From assembly GCA_034780895.1 (NCBI GenBank), contig JAUZTB010000048.1, positions 3,841,244-3,905,243 of the forward strand: a DNA stretch of 64,000 nt, read 5' to 3'. The DNA comes from Rhynchobatus australiae. Its lineage: Eukaryota. The position numbers and the translations under genes are program-made. Of the stretch, positions 1 through 12,800 are shown piece after piece (the first letter of the stretch is position 1; each line of letters begins with the position of its first letter). Below the pieces are notes generated by a model. That model was given only the letters and a program-made list of their open reading frames with translations, searched no databases and was not told the DNA's origin.

Positions 1-449
1 AACGTTGACCGCCTGCTTTTCTCCACGGATGCTGCCCGGCCTGCTGAGTTCCTCCAGCATCATCGTGTTTTTCATCTGGATTCCAGCAACTGCAGTCCTT
101 CAGGCACCTCCCTCAGGCCAATGTTCCCAGGCTCGAATTACCCTCAGGCCTTGCCATTCACAAGCTCAACACCAGATGCCCGAACGTACACTGTACTCTG
201 ATCTCTGTCATGAGAAGATGGACAGATTTGTGTTCAAAGCCTCCATGAAAAAAATTTACCACCCCACAGGCTGAGAAGAGGCGGAAATGTCGCCCTTCAC
301 AGATGTGCAGACATTGTCTATGACCTGACCAGTGGGTACCTGTGCATCAGCAGAAGAGGGAGTGGGAGGTGAGATTCACACGGTCTGACTTCCCTGCTGA
401 AAGTTAGAGAAATACAGTGCTGATGGTGGTAGTTTTGTGTGTTTATAGC

Positions 450-810
450 TTAGAGTCACACAGCATGGAAACAGGCTCTACAGCCCATGCCGACTGCATT
501 GCCCTGCAAGATAGTCCCATCTGCCCACGTTTGGCCATAGCCCTCGAAACCCCTTCTGTCCATGTACTTATCCAGATGGCTTTTAAACGTTGCTAATGTG
601 CCCCCCTCAACCACTGTTTCTGGCAGCTCACTCCAAATATGCACCACCCTCTGTGTGAAGAAACTGCCCCTGATGCCCGTTTTAAATCTCTTGCCTCTGC
701 CCTCTTGCCTTTAGCCGCCCCTCCCTGGGAAAAAGACCCTGTCAATGCCCCCCATGATCTTCTACACTTCCGTCAAGTCACCCCTGAATCTCCTACATTC
801 CAGGGAATGA
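450..810 (-). mobile_element. CR1-type LINE 3' end fragment
   Basis: ORF remnant HIWSELPETVVEGGTLATFKSHLDKYM, typical of the CR1 ORF2 C-terminus; similar copies at ~21195-21445 and ~44375-45300. Confidence 0.75.
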
Positions 811-856
811 AGTCTGTGTGTGGTGTTGGGTCTTCACCTGGACGTTTTTCCTCCTC

Positions 857-1270
857 TCACTGTGGGTCATCCGGCCCTGGGACTCTGCTGCTGCCTGTCC
901 GTTGTCGCTGACAGCACCTGTGCGGAATATCCCAGAGAGCGCCCCTGAACTGAGGCGGACATCGGAACGGAATCTCGGGGATGCTTTCGGCATCCTCCGC
1001 GATGCTTCCGAAGGTCGTGTGGCTTTGATTGTCGTGCTGGTCGGCAGCGGCGTGAGGGAATCGCGCGGGAGTGAGGAGGCAGGGAAGGAGAGGGCCGCCA
1101 CTATCCCCAACCCCCCATCCACCCGTCTGGGCAGAGCCAGCCTCTGAGGAGTTACAGGTGTCGTCAGGATTCGTTCTACTGATCACGAGGAATGGCTCCC
1201 AATATCCAGCAGCTGTGTGTTCAGTGAGAGGAAGCCTTTCCTGTTGATACTAAGGTCGTTGTTTGGAGCT
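857..1270 (-). pseudogene. Degenerate Harbinger transposase / HARBI1-like relic
   Basis: Translates to APNNDLSINRKGFLSLNTQLLDI, then after a frameshift GGWGVGDSGGPLLPCLLTP...DQHDNQSHTTFGSIAED...FRC...GAL. This is colinear with Harbinger/HARBI1 NRKG.HSLN, W.LGD, LMTP, YN..H, IE and RFRC...GAL motifs. Confidence 0.7.
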
Positions 1271-2047
1271 CTGGACAGGCAGAGGGCATCAGTCGTTAGC
1301 TGCGTGCACTAGCTCCCAATGTCACTCTGCCTCTCTGTCCTCGCTCCTCCCCACTCTCCATCGCTCCTAATCACGAACCACCACCCTCTTGAACCCAGCT
1401 CCAACGCCTCCCCTATCCCCCAAATGCCAAGCTCCATGTTGTACCCTGTACCCCGCTCACGCCATGGCTCCAGACCCCCTTCAACCCCAACCTGCTTCCC
1501 ACGATCGTGATGATCTCCCCCCTTCCAGCTCCCTCACTGACCTGCCCCTCCGTGGACTGTTGTCACCACCAAGAGCTGACATTGGTGTTCCTCTGCCAGC
1601 AAACCGATGGTCTGCCCCAATAAAAACTGCGGCCAGTCCTCAGTCCCTTCAGAATCCCAAGGCCTTAAGTGCTCCCAATTTAATGACAACGGGGTCCACA
1701 ACCTCGATGGACAAAACCACAGAGTCATCGTACCTTCACTGCTTGTCCCAGTGTCCCACCTTTTATGTTGTTCACAACCGACGCCCAAGTATCCTGCTCA
1801 TGTCCTCCTGCTGATGTCTGCACTGATCACAGCACCTCTACACACCAGTCACCCCTGGGAGGCTGTCCCACTGCAGCATCCAGGGTTCCTGCCTGGCCTG
1901 TTCAGCCCAGTTCCCTGCACTACAGCTGCTGTCTGAATGTCTGAGCACTTCCAGCAGCCTTGGGTTTGCCATCACATTAGGGCGGCCACCAGAACAAGTA
2001 CTCAATTCGTCGCTAGCCAGAGGGGCAAATGCTGACTNNNNNNNNNN

Positions 2048-2420
2048 GGGAACAAAGACTGGATGATACAAAGCTGGGTGGCAGTATAGGCTGCGAGGAG
2101 ATGCAGAGCAGCTCCCGAGGGACATAAGAGAGGCCAAATAATGGGCAGGTACATGGTAGATGGAACATAACCTGGGAAAATGTGAAGTCATCCACTTTGG
2201 TAGAAAAAGCTGGGAGAGTGGAGCATGTTTTTTTGAAAAATGAGAGACTGAACATGAATCATTGAAAGTTCACATGCTGGTACAGCAGTTTGGAAGGCAA
2301 ATGTTTATTGCAAGAGGATTTGACTACAAGAGATTATCTTACTTCAGTGATGCAGGGACCTGGAGGGATAGCAGCAGGAATATTGTGTACTGCTCTAGTC
2401 TCCTCACCTAAGGAAGGATA
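2048..2420 (+). mobile_element. CR1-type LINE RT fragment
   Basis: Decayed DDTKLGG...WA..W.MEHN.GKCEVIHFGRK-type sequence. Confidence 0.7.
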
Positions 2421-4059
2421 CACCAATCTGGCGATATCACCAGGACTGTGTGATCCCAATAACAGAGTATACCTTGTCCCAGTCCACGGCAGGGTGATCC
2501 CAATCAGCAACCTACTCCAGGATTGACTGGTAGATTATTGCCTGACCCAGTCAAGCCTGGGCAGTCAAAGCCTGCTTAGCACAATCTTGAGACTCACCAG
2601 TACACTGAGAATTATATCAGCAGTGCCATATCGCTTGGATAATCTTCCTTTTTTTAAAAAAAATTCCAAACCACAGCAACTTCTGCAACAAGCTGGCAAA
2701 TAGCTCATCAGCATCAGGAGCTGTAAATGATTTTCATCCCGCAGAGCTTCAAAGAAGTGAGGGGCAAGAGATAGAGGGCTACTTCTAAAGGCTGAGGTGC
2801 ATGATTTATTCTGTTTTAGGTGTGCACATGGACAGGAGCTGCTATTTCCAAGTTTCTGCTGGCTCAGGTGTCCAGTTATTGAAATAGATGCAGAGGATGG
2901 GCACGGTATCTTCAGAAAACCCCATACCGGCCACTAGTGACCTTCAGCTTGTTTGTAATGAGGAAACACAGTAAAAGACCTGGGGTGTAAAACCCAACAA
3001 GGTTACGATGAATGAGAGGAGGAGATGAGCAAGAATTGCTTGGTGTTTTGAAGAGCTAAGTACCAATAGCACACAAGGAATCCTGTTTTTAAATCTTGGC
3101 AAGTAATGAATTAAAAGCAGGAAACTGAACAACGAGCACATATTAGAGCAGTTGGAACGCAGCAAATGCCCTGGGAAGGAACAAAATGAAAGTTTAGAGA
3201 GCCACCAAGCATAAGAGGTTACTGCCAGCACACTCTTGTTGTACTCTGTTCAGCAATCAGAGGTTAAAAGAGCCTTGAGGCTGGCAAGCAAGTTTCAGGC
3301 TTTGAACAGATTTTAGCTCTACAGAGAGGAATTTCTGAAGGTTTGCCACCCCAGGGCAGGTTTACTACTCAAGACCACTATTTGGAGTTCATGAGGTTGG
3401 AAGGTCGAGACAGAGAAAGGTTAATTGTGGAGGCTTCTAGTGCAAGAGGTGGGAGGGGTGTGAAGATTTCAATACTCACNNNNNNNNNNNNNNNNNNNNN
3501 NNNNNNNNNNNNNNNNNNNNNNNNNNNNNNNNNNNNNNNNNNNNNNNNNNNNNNNNNNNNNNNNNNNNNNNNNNNNNNNNNNNNNNNNNNNNNNNNNNNG
3601 GGGAAGGAATTTTGATGTTTTGGGTCTTGACCCTGCAGGTCCCAATCCAGGGTCTCCATCCAAAATGTTGATAATTCCTTACCGCCCCCACCCCCTGTTC
3701 GGATCCACTGAGTTCCTCCAACATTCTTTGTTGATCAAAATAGTGATTCAACTACTGATAGAACCAAGGTATATGTGTAATCTAAAGGATAACAGAACTA
3801 GAGTGCACATATTTATAGAAGAGTGGATAGGATCAGGTGGTCAATGGGCATGGTTCAATGAATGATGCCTGACACACTAATTACATTGAGATGTTCACAC
3901 TAAAACGAGACAATAGAAACAAGAAAAGAAAATGGAAGGGACGGAGAGGGTTAAGATATCTGCTAAAAGTGGGTAGGCTGACAGGGTTTTAAATAAATGA
4001 ATACTGTACATCTGTTGAATAATGGGAAGGAGGTGCCTCAACTGTATAGCCCAGATCAT

Positions 4060-4295
4060 ACACATTGTATAGTGGATGGGGAGAGGTGAGGGAAGACCAG
4101 TTTTGTACAGTGGATGCGGGAGAGATGATGGATGGAAGACCACCAGCTCTGTATAGTGGAGGGGAGAGGTGAGATAAGACCAGCTCTGTATTGTGGGGGT
4201 GGGGGGGAAGAGAAGACCAGCTCTGTATTGTGGGGGTGGGGGGGAGGGAAGACCAGCTCTGTATAGTGAATGGGGAGAGGTGAGGGCAGGGCAGA
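4060..4295. repeat. G-rich minisatellite, ~38-40 bp unit (aagaccagctctgta.tgtgggggtgggggg)
   Basis: About 6 visible units. Confidence 0.85.
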
Positions 4296-4480
4296 CTGGT
4301 GCTCTGATAAGATGGCACATAAGTGCAAGTTTCAAACCATATAGACAATGGTGCAAGATATTGCCATAGTTGAAGGATTTTAAGAGTATCCGTGTGTTAT
4401 ACTCAAGCTGAAGGAATTTGTTATCAAAACCCTAAACTGCATTTCTCCTTAACACACATGGCTAGTTTTATATAATCTAC

Positions 4481-4486
4481 TTTATT
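4481..4486 (-). terminator. Possible PCIF1 polyadenylation signal (AATAAA)
   Basis: First canonical AATAAA seen on the minus strand after the stop. Variant signals (TATAAA ~5213, AGTAAA ~5334) or one hidden in the 6195-6390 gap are alternatives. Confidence 0.25.
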
Positions 4487-6652
4487 AATATCTGAATTTA
4501 ATAAGGGAACCTTGCTGAAGAGATTCCTTTATGTGAAAGTTATGCCAACATCATATGAAGAGGGCTAAAGAAGGTGGTGGAACTGCAAGCAATGTGCCAC
4601 GGGGCAACAGAGAACCACGAGGCGATGGGACTACACAGAACCACTGGGTGACAGGACACCACAGGGGAGGAACTAACATGGGGCAACACCAGGTGACAGA
4701 GCAGCACCGCAGGACGACAGGTCCAAACAACAAAGCAATGGGGAAATGTGGGGTACAGGATAGTTGGATAATCTCATGCTGAAATAGTGTCGGAAAAGGG
4801 GCCACAGTTTAAAACAACAGAAAGGAAGACAGAAACTGCAAGTCAGCCATAGATAAAAACAGTTTCAGGTCTGTGAGGTTTCATGGGTTCTGATGAAAAG
4901 TTAGCAGTCTGAAACGTCAACTGTTCCTCTCTCCACGAAGGCTGCCTGAACTGTTGAGTATTTCCAGCATAATTCAGATTTCCAGCATCTCTGGTATTTT
5001 GCTTTCATCATGGGCTATTCTGCAGCCGGTTTCTGAGAATAAACTGTCTTTTATCAAAAGGCACAACACTGCAAATGTGAAACAAGAACAAGATACTGCT
5101 GGGAATATGCAACAGATCAGGCAGGTCATGTGCAAAACAAAAAGTTAACTTTTCAGGTTTGTGACCCTTCTTCTGACAAAGGTTCACCAGAGGGCTGACC
5201 ACATTCACCTTGTTTATATGTTATATCTATATATTGTTAAAAGTATTTTTGTGGCAATTAGCTCCTTTTCAGTTGTCCCCATGTTTTCATCCGCCACACA
5301 CGATGAAAAGCAATAATTACAGTCACTCAACTCTTTACTTTGCACAGTCGCTGTTTTAAAGTTTTGTAGTAGGAAGCTGCTTATCCAACCTGATGTTGTG
5401 TACTGTTACAATAAGACTGTCATACAATACTTAGAATGCAGCCCTGCCCAGATCAGCCAGGCCCCCCATGCTTGACTGCATTTAAGTTCAGAAGAATTTC
5501 AAGCTTGGACTTCAGTTGTGTGAAGCATTACCCGAATCCTTAGAGCGGCTGAACCAAGAGTGGCTATACCTGAACTAAACGTTATGCGGTAACCACCACT
5601 TCCCCACCACCTTGTGGCTTATGTGAACCTTCCAGAAGACATGGCAAAAGCAGAGAATTAGGATCTCTGGTGGCCTGGCTGTGCTGTGCTTGGTGCTGCG
5701 GTTGAGACAATGCATGGGTAGCAATATCTTACAATCTCAGTTACTCTGTGACAGGTTATCTTGTTAAGCACTTCTAAACGAAGCAACCCTGCATTTAACC
5801 CTTCACTGGGTGGCCCACATAAGAATAGCATTGAGTTCCAGTTACTTGAAGACAGTGTTGACCTGTTTTCTGGTATAACAAGCTCTGTATCCACAGCATG
5901 CTGCACATGTGGGAAACTAACCATGCTGACTGAGTGCACAGTGCGAGTCTCCACAATCTCTATGAGAGAAAGCTGAAGGAGCCCATGCTTCACAATCGAG
6001 CTCTGAGCTCGAATCCCATCTCTCTGTTCTCTCCCTGTAGCTTTCAAGATTTCCCTTCAAGAGTTCATTATTCTCCCCTGTGCCAGTGAAAGATTAAATG
6101 CAAAGATGGACAGTACACACTAGATGACATACACTTGCACACTCAAGTGTGTGAAGCTGTCTTTGAACAACTCAGAGATAGTCTACATAGGTCANNNNNN
6201 NNNNNNNNNNNNNNNNNNNNNNNNNNNNNNNNNNNNNNNNNNNNNNNNNNNNNNNNNNNNNNNNNNNNNNNNNNNNNNNNNNNNNNNNNNNNNNNNNNNN
6301 NNNNNNNNNNNNNNNNNNNNNNNNNNNNNNNNNNNNNNNNNNNNNNNNNNNNNNNNNNNNNNNNNNNNNNNNNNNNNNNNNNNNNNNNNNNAAACTGACA
6401 CGGTATTCTGTTATGAAATATTTTCATAGAATATATTACACAGACACATTCTGCTTCTCTCTCCTACATACCTTGGTAAAAATAAAAGCAACAAACATTA
6501 AGAATCCAGAACTGTGGTTCTGTTTAGAAAGACACTGTACATATGTACACTTCTTGCTGGTGATGACAATAGTTCTGCAGCTTGTTTCGAGTCAGTCTGT
6601 TTAAAACCACACAGAGCATTAGCTGCTCTGTGCTCCCTTTATCAATCACAGT

Positions 6653-6875
6653 TCAAAGGTGCTCGGTGTTGCTGCTTTGGTCCCGATTCTGTTCCTGGTC
6701 TTTTTCACCAGACGCCACAGAGGAGGACGAGGAAGATGAGGACTTCCCTGTTATTTTGTAAGCTGCCATTAACTCCTGCACCCGCTCCTGCACAGGCTCC
6801 CATTTTGCAAACCCAGCATCATTCTGCAGGAAGATGAGAGCTGTGGAATGCACAGCCTTGTAATAGATGTCTTCC
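6653..6875 (-). CDS. PCIF1: PCIF1 last coding exon ([25 protein letters not shown]...TEHL*)
   Basis: 223 nt including TGA; ttgctttcag acceptor; Ser-rich C-terminus as in other vertebrate PCIF1. Confidence 0.95.
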
Positions 6876-9800
6876 CTGAAAGCAAACAAAACACACTTCA
6901 TCTCCCCTCAAATCACATCGAGAGCTCCGATGTAAAGGACCAAATTATGTAAAAGAATCACACTCAGTTTTACGAAAGGCCAGTCCAACATTTACACCGA
7001 CTCTCCTGCACCCTCCCCGACTCTCCCACACCCGCCCCGACACTCCCACACCGACTCTCCCGCACCCTCACTGACTCTCCTGCACCCTCACCGACTCTCC
7101 CGCACCCTCACCGACACTCCCACACCGACTCTCCTGCACCCTCACCGACACTCCCACACCGACTCTCCTGCACCCTCCCCGACATTCCCACACCGTCTCT
7201 CCTGCACCCTCACCGACACTCCCACACCGACTCTCCTGCACCCTCCCCGACACTCCCACACCGACTCTCCTGCACCCTCACCAACACTCCCACNNNNNNN
7301 NNNNNNNNNNNNNNNNNNNNNNNNNNNNNNNNNNNNNNNNNNNNNNNNNNNNNNNNNNNNNNNNNNNNNNNNNNNNNNNNNNNNNNNNNNNNNGACACTC
7401 CCACACCGACTCTCCTGCACCCTCACCAACACTCCCACACCGACTCTCACGCACTCACCGACTCTCCCGCACCCTCACCCTGAACCTCCCACACCGACTC
7501 TCCTGCACCCTCACCGACACTCCCACACCGACTCTCCCGCACCCTCACCGACACTCCCACACCGATTCTCCCGCACCCTCCCCCTGACCCTCAGTCAGTG
7601 TGTCCTGAGCCCTCCCTAAGTGCCCACATGCTGAGTTCCACTGATCCTCTTGTTGAATGTCCCACTCCCCCACTCTGATTGCCCCATACCTTCACCCAGG
7701 GCTGCCACACACACACACCATTTGTTCCATGCTCTCACCTAATGACAATCTCTGCACCTCAATCTGACCACGACTGCCTCACACCCACACCTTTCATGGC
7801 TGCCCTGGTCGCTTTCTCTTCCCAATAGTCCCTTATCATCCTGTGACTGTCACCTGCCCAACTCTCAGTCGACCCCATCATATGCAGGGGGTGAATAATT
7901 CAATAAACCCGTCGCTCAAGCCGTACGCTCACGTTGGTATGAAACGTACTTCTTGCAGATGTGCTGTGCTCCACTTCTGTACTCGTGCTCGTAGGCTGGG
8001 ACTAGGATTTGGTGGCGCTTAAACTTGCTCTCCTCCATCCGGACCAAAGCTGGTGTTGGAGGGTTTCTCCATTCAGGGACGAACACAATGAATGACAGTG
8101 GCTCATTTGAACTCCCCAGCAGGTTCTGTGTGAGGAAGAAGTGAACAGGAACCAGTTAATAGTAAAGAACAGATGTCTCAACTTCACAGCTTTTAACAAC
8201 AGATTGAGCCAGTGCCTTTCTCAATGGATGACCAACTCTTCAACCTACCTTCTCACCAGACCCATTAACTCCAATAATTTGGATGAAAGGTCATTAAGCT
8301 TAACTCTGAAGTTCTGTGGAAAGAGATGAAGAGTTAACATTTCAGGTCAAAGACCATTCATCAGACTTCAGGTCTTTAACCTGTAACATTAACTCTCTCT
8401 CTCTTTCCCCAGGGGCTGTCCAACTTGCTGAGTGTTTTCTGTTTTTATTTCAGATTTCCAGCATCTGCAAGCTTTTTGATTCTCTTCAATTCTGCTTGTC
8501 TCTCTACAGAGGCTGCCTGAGCTACTGAGGGTTGTCAGCATTCTCTGTATTTATTTTGCTAGGAATTGGATTAGACAGAACTTCTGATCCATCCTTGCTA
8601 CGGCTCCCGATATTTTTTGTTGGTGGGATCTTGTTGGTGCAACATTACTTTCATAAACAATTTCTCACAGGGTGGCACAAATCAGCGTTTAGTCAATGAT
8701 GAGTCTTCAGGGAACTTAGTGCGTGATTCTCTGTTCATGGCTGTCATTACTTCATGCCTATCTAACCAGGCCTGTTGCAGTCTAATGAATGTTAATCAAG
8801 AACAGGATTTTCCCAAAGATCCAGCTCTCTTTAAAATAAATCCAAATTATGTATCGGTTTGTTTTCAGTTTATCTCTGGATTCTTGTCTTCATCTTGTTG
8901 GAAAATCTTGCTTCTAACCTTGTTGTGCATTTGTGAGTCATCTTTTGCCACCTTTTTAACATGAATGCATGCTCCCAATTTTCATTAAGATGACACATTA
9001 TGTTAGCTTGGCCGTGAAGTCATCCTTGCATCCTTTGAATGGTGCATTAAGGTTCACCTCACCTTATTGGCTTTGCTTTTATGATCTTTCTGCCTGGCAG
9101 AGTTGCTCATCTGCATGCTGGATTTTTCTATCTCAGTGCAGACAACCCCAGATCAACAAGCTCTCATCTTTCTACCATTGAAGAGACTTAAATTTATAAG
9201 CTGATTGTAAGTGATGTTGCTCCCACATAGAAGTAATGTTTTCAGCCCTCCAGCTTTATTGCAAATTTAATGCTGCCCCCTCATTGCCTTTCTACCAAAA
9301 CCTCCCAAAAAGACTACTAGCTTTAAACAATCTGTAATTTTCTACATCTTCTATGAGTACAGCATGGCTTCCTTGATAGGTGAACCTGTCCACTGCAGAC
9401 AGTAATAATGAATGGAAGAAAAGATTTGCCAGGACTTCCTTCTTCAGACTGCAGGTGAGGCCAAGTATTGTACAAGGACGTGAGAAACGCTGTAAGGTTA
9501 TTTGGAAGTCATTTTCTATGTGGGAACGCAAGTCACAACCATTAATAAACCAGAGTCATCAGACAACAATTTCTCATAGATATACTCACTGTAACANNNN
9601 NNNNNNNNNNNNTACCTTCTTTAACAAGCTGGGAAATTCCTCTACAATTATTCTATATATTGCCTGCCTATGTTTGAATAGATGGCAATCCATGTATTTC
9701 TAGGATCATTGATTTTGCCCATGAACTAGAAAAGATCCCACAGAGATTCTACTAATTGGTTTCCTCCTGCTTCATACATCACAGCAGGCATTGCATTGTA

Positions 9801-12800
9801 CCCCGGCATCTTTCAACTGGAGAGACTGTACTTACTTAATGGTTTTAGGCAATGTAAGTTCTTTAGCAAGGGGCACTAAATTGGGACTTTGAGGTAGATG
9901 ATCCATGACCTCAGTCTACAGAACTTCCAGTTTAGTAGATATTTAATATGGTTAAGCCCAAGTGTTCAAGATTTGAGTCTTGAGAATATGATTCCTTCAG
10001 TCAGGAGACCAATGACTGTCTGTAGCATCTTAGAGAACCTTTCATAAAGCCTTTTCACATGACTCTCAGATTTGTCTTCAGTGTGCTGAGTAAATTTTTA
10101 TATGCGCTTACTCTGGTGTTAAAGGTGGCTCTTTCACCTGTGCATAATGAAGGGTCTGATTCACAAATTCATGCTCTCCAAGGTATTTATATCAAACTAG
10201 TCTCAGCGTTTATGGATTATGACTGGGTGTCATCACTAATAGTGTATTACATCCAAAAATGTTGTCTTCAATTTTAATGTTGCCAAAAACTGTTGATGCC
10301 AATACGATCTTCTAAAGCTGACCTTTAATTCCAGCTGCATTAGGTTTAGTGACATTTAATCGGGTAGAGCTTTTTAACTTTGTGATCTTCAAAACGGAGT
10401 TATCTAGAGATCAGGTAGGTTAAGAAAAGTTGGTGGTCTGTCCAAAACACAGCTCCCCTTGTGACTCATTTTCCAATTGACTGGTATATGATTTAGTGAT
10501 CATAGTTTATAATTTTATGACTATTTTATTATATTACTTTACAAATATAGTATCTTGCAGTACGGTAAAGCCTTTAACAGTTATGGTATTGCCTATGACT
10601 TGGATATTATTGTGATAATATTGGTTCATCTTGTGATTTTTGTATTTGCAAATTGCAGAGTACTTGTATAGATTGAGTCACTGTTTTGGTATAAGGTGGT
10701 AATGGACTTGCTGCTGTTATTAAAGTAATAAATAAATTGAAGAAGAATGCTGCCTTAGGTAAGTCAAATTGCGTGCCCATGTGTATTGCTGACAGATCTG
10801 AGGCTATAACTAACTTAAAAGTGGAGACAGGATTGACAGATATATGTCCTGTGACACTTGAGATTTTTTGCCCTTCCAAATATTATGTTAGATCTGATTC
10901 CAATCTCTTGTAGCTTCCCTATAACAATGAATATAATAAACACATAGATCTTGGCAGCATTTCTGCTTCAGATAAACAATTTATTTAAACATTTCTAACA
11001 CTGCCTTAATAAGAATAACTGGGACACGTTTAAATATATTTTAATAAATATATTTAATAAATTGAGGGTAAATTATCTCCTTAAGAGGAAGAAGGGTTGT
11101 TATTCTACTAGTGCAACACAAACATGGTTTGGGTGAGGAATAAACTCTTAATGAGGCTATATCAGCTGTCTTTTCCCCTGACTTGGTTTTTGAGCCTTTT
11201 CTTTTTATGAGGCCTTGAGAGAGGTATCTAGTTAACTTTGTCTCTTCTACATCCTCCTGGATTCATTGAGAGAATCTTTTGACCTCTCACTTCTGGCAGG
11301 AGGAAATCACCAGGTGGGCACAACTGGCGCTTGAGCTCTTGCTATGTTTGATTCAAATGACAGAACTAACCCAGGGTCTGCATCATGAGCCAGGGGAAGG
11401 AAAGTAAATTGAGAAAGAATCCATTTGTGCAGCACATACAGAGGAAGAGACTGAAGCACAGAATAGGGCCAGATTTCATGGTGACACAAGAGACTGCAGA
11501 TGCTCCAGATTTCACGATGTTGCTCAATTTCCCTGTTTTCAAGTATTTTACATTCTCTAGCTTTGTAACTTCCTCCATAGCTATAATCCTGTGAGATCTC
11601 TTCAGTCCTCAATTCAGGCATTTTACATGTCCTGAATTTCCTTTAGCCCTCCAATACTGGGCATGCAACTGAGGTCTTAGGTTGTGGAATTCCCCATCTA
11701 AAAATCTTTGTCTCTCTGACCTCCTTTATGCTGTTTCTTAGAACCTGCCTCTTTGCCCTAGCTTTCAGTCATCTGTCTGAATTTGTACTTAGGTGGCCAA
11801 GTGTCACATTTTGTTCTGCAGCATTTTTGCAAAGAACCTCGGGAAGTTTTGCAAAAGTACTAAGTTGAAGGTACAATAACATTGCAAGTTGCTGTTGAGA
11901 GCACTAATTTGAATAACATCTGAGGAAATTATTTGCTAGCTTCACTGTTTGTCCCATTAAATGAAAGGAAAGGGCTAACATTAATGTGTAGTGCCTCTCA
12001 TGTCCTCAAGATACCACTAAGTAACACATGGGCAACACAGCAAAATTAATTACCTTTCAACAGTGGAATGTTGGGACAGAGTGGAATATGCTACAAAGCA
12101 CCACCTTCACTTCCACAAGGGCTGTGATACGTTAACAGAGCAAGGGCACACATCCTTCAAATTACAGCTGAGCCTTTCAAGAGTGATGTGTTAGGAAGGA
12201 ATTTTTCATACAATGGGCAGAACCAATGTGAAACCCTCTCCCTAAAAAGCTGTTGAGTGGGTCAACTGAAAACTTCAGGACAGAAAAGGACAATTTTTTG
12301 ATAGGATTCAGTATTTTAAGGATAATGGGAATCAAGGCAGATGAAAAGACATAGATCAGCCATGATCTGGTTGCCTGACAGATAAGATAAAGAGGCTGTT
12401 TGGTCTCTCCTGTTCCTAATGTATTTAATGAAGAAATTGCTGCAGCTCATGTTTGTTCCATGATCATTGGTTCCTGGGAGAGAAACAACATGAAGCAACA
12501 AAAGAACCATTTTATTTTAATTTTGAATCTTGGAAACACATGATTTTCAATGAAGGCAGGTTGATTTAGTTTTTGATGGTCTAGGGATACTACTAGTGCC
12601 CAGCTCCTTTATGCCTGTATATCTCCCAGAGCACTCAACACTGAAATACATTTTTCATCATTCAGAATCCAGTTTCCACCTCAAAGATGAAAGTCTTGGG
12701 ATCACGGAACGGATCTCCAGCACCTGACCCCACACCCAGCACGTCCAAGGTCTTGGGATTCTTGCTAACATCAATCACATCATTTAAATGCCATTCCTAA

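Noticed and set aside
5658-6047. 129-aa ORF downstream of the PCIF1 stop
   Set aside because: Non-ATG start, no recognisable homology; most likely 3' UTR
6995-7590. Regular repeats resembling a CRISPR-like array
   Set aside because: No unique spacers; plain eukaryotic minisatellite
8900-9400. Faint Gypsy-integrase-like traces (LFNGRKMR) on the minus strand
   Set aside because: Too decayed to support without a search
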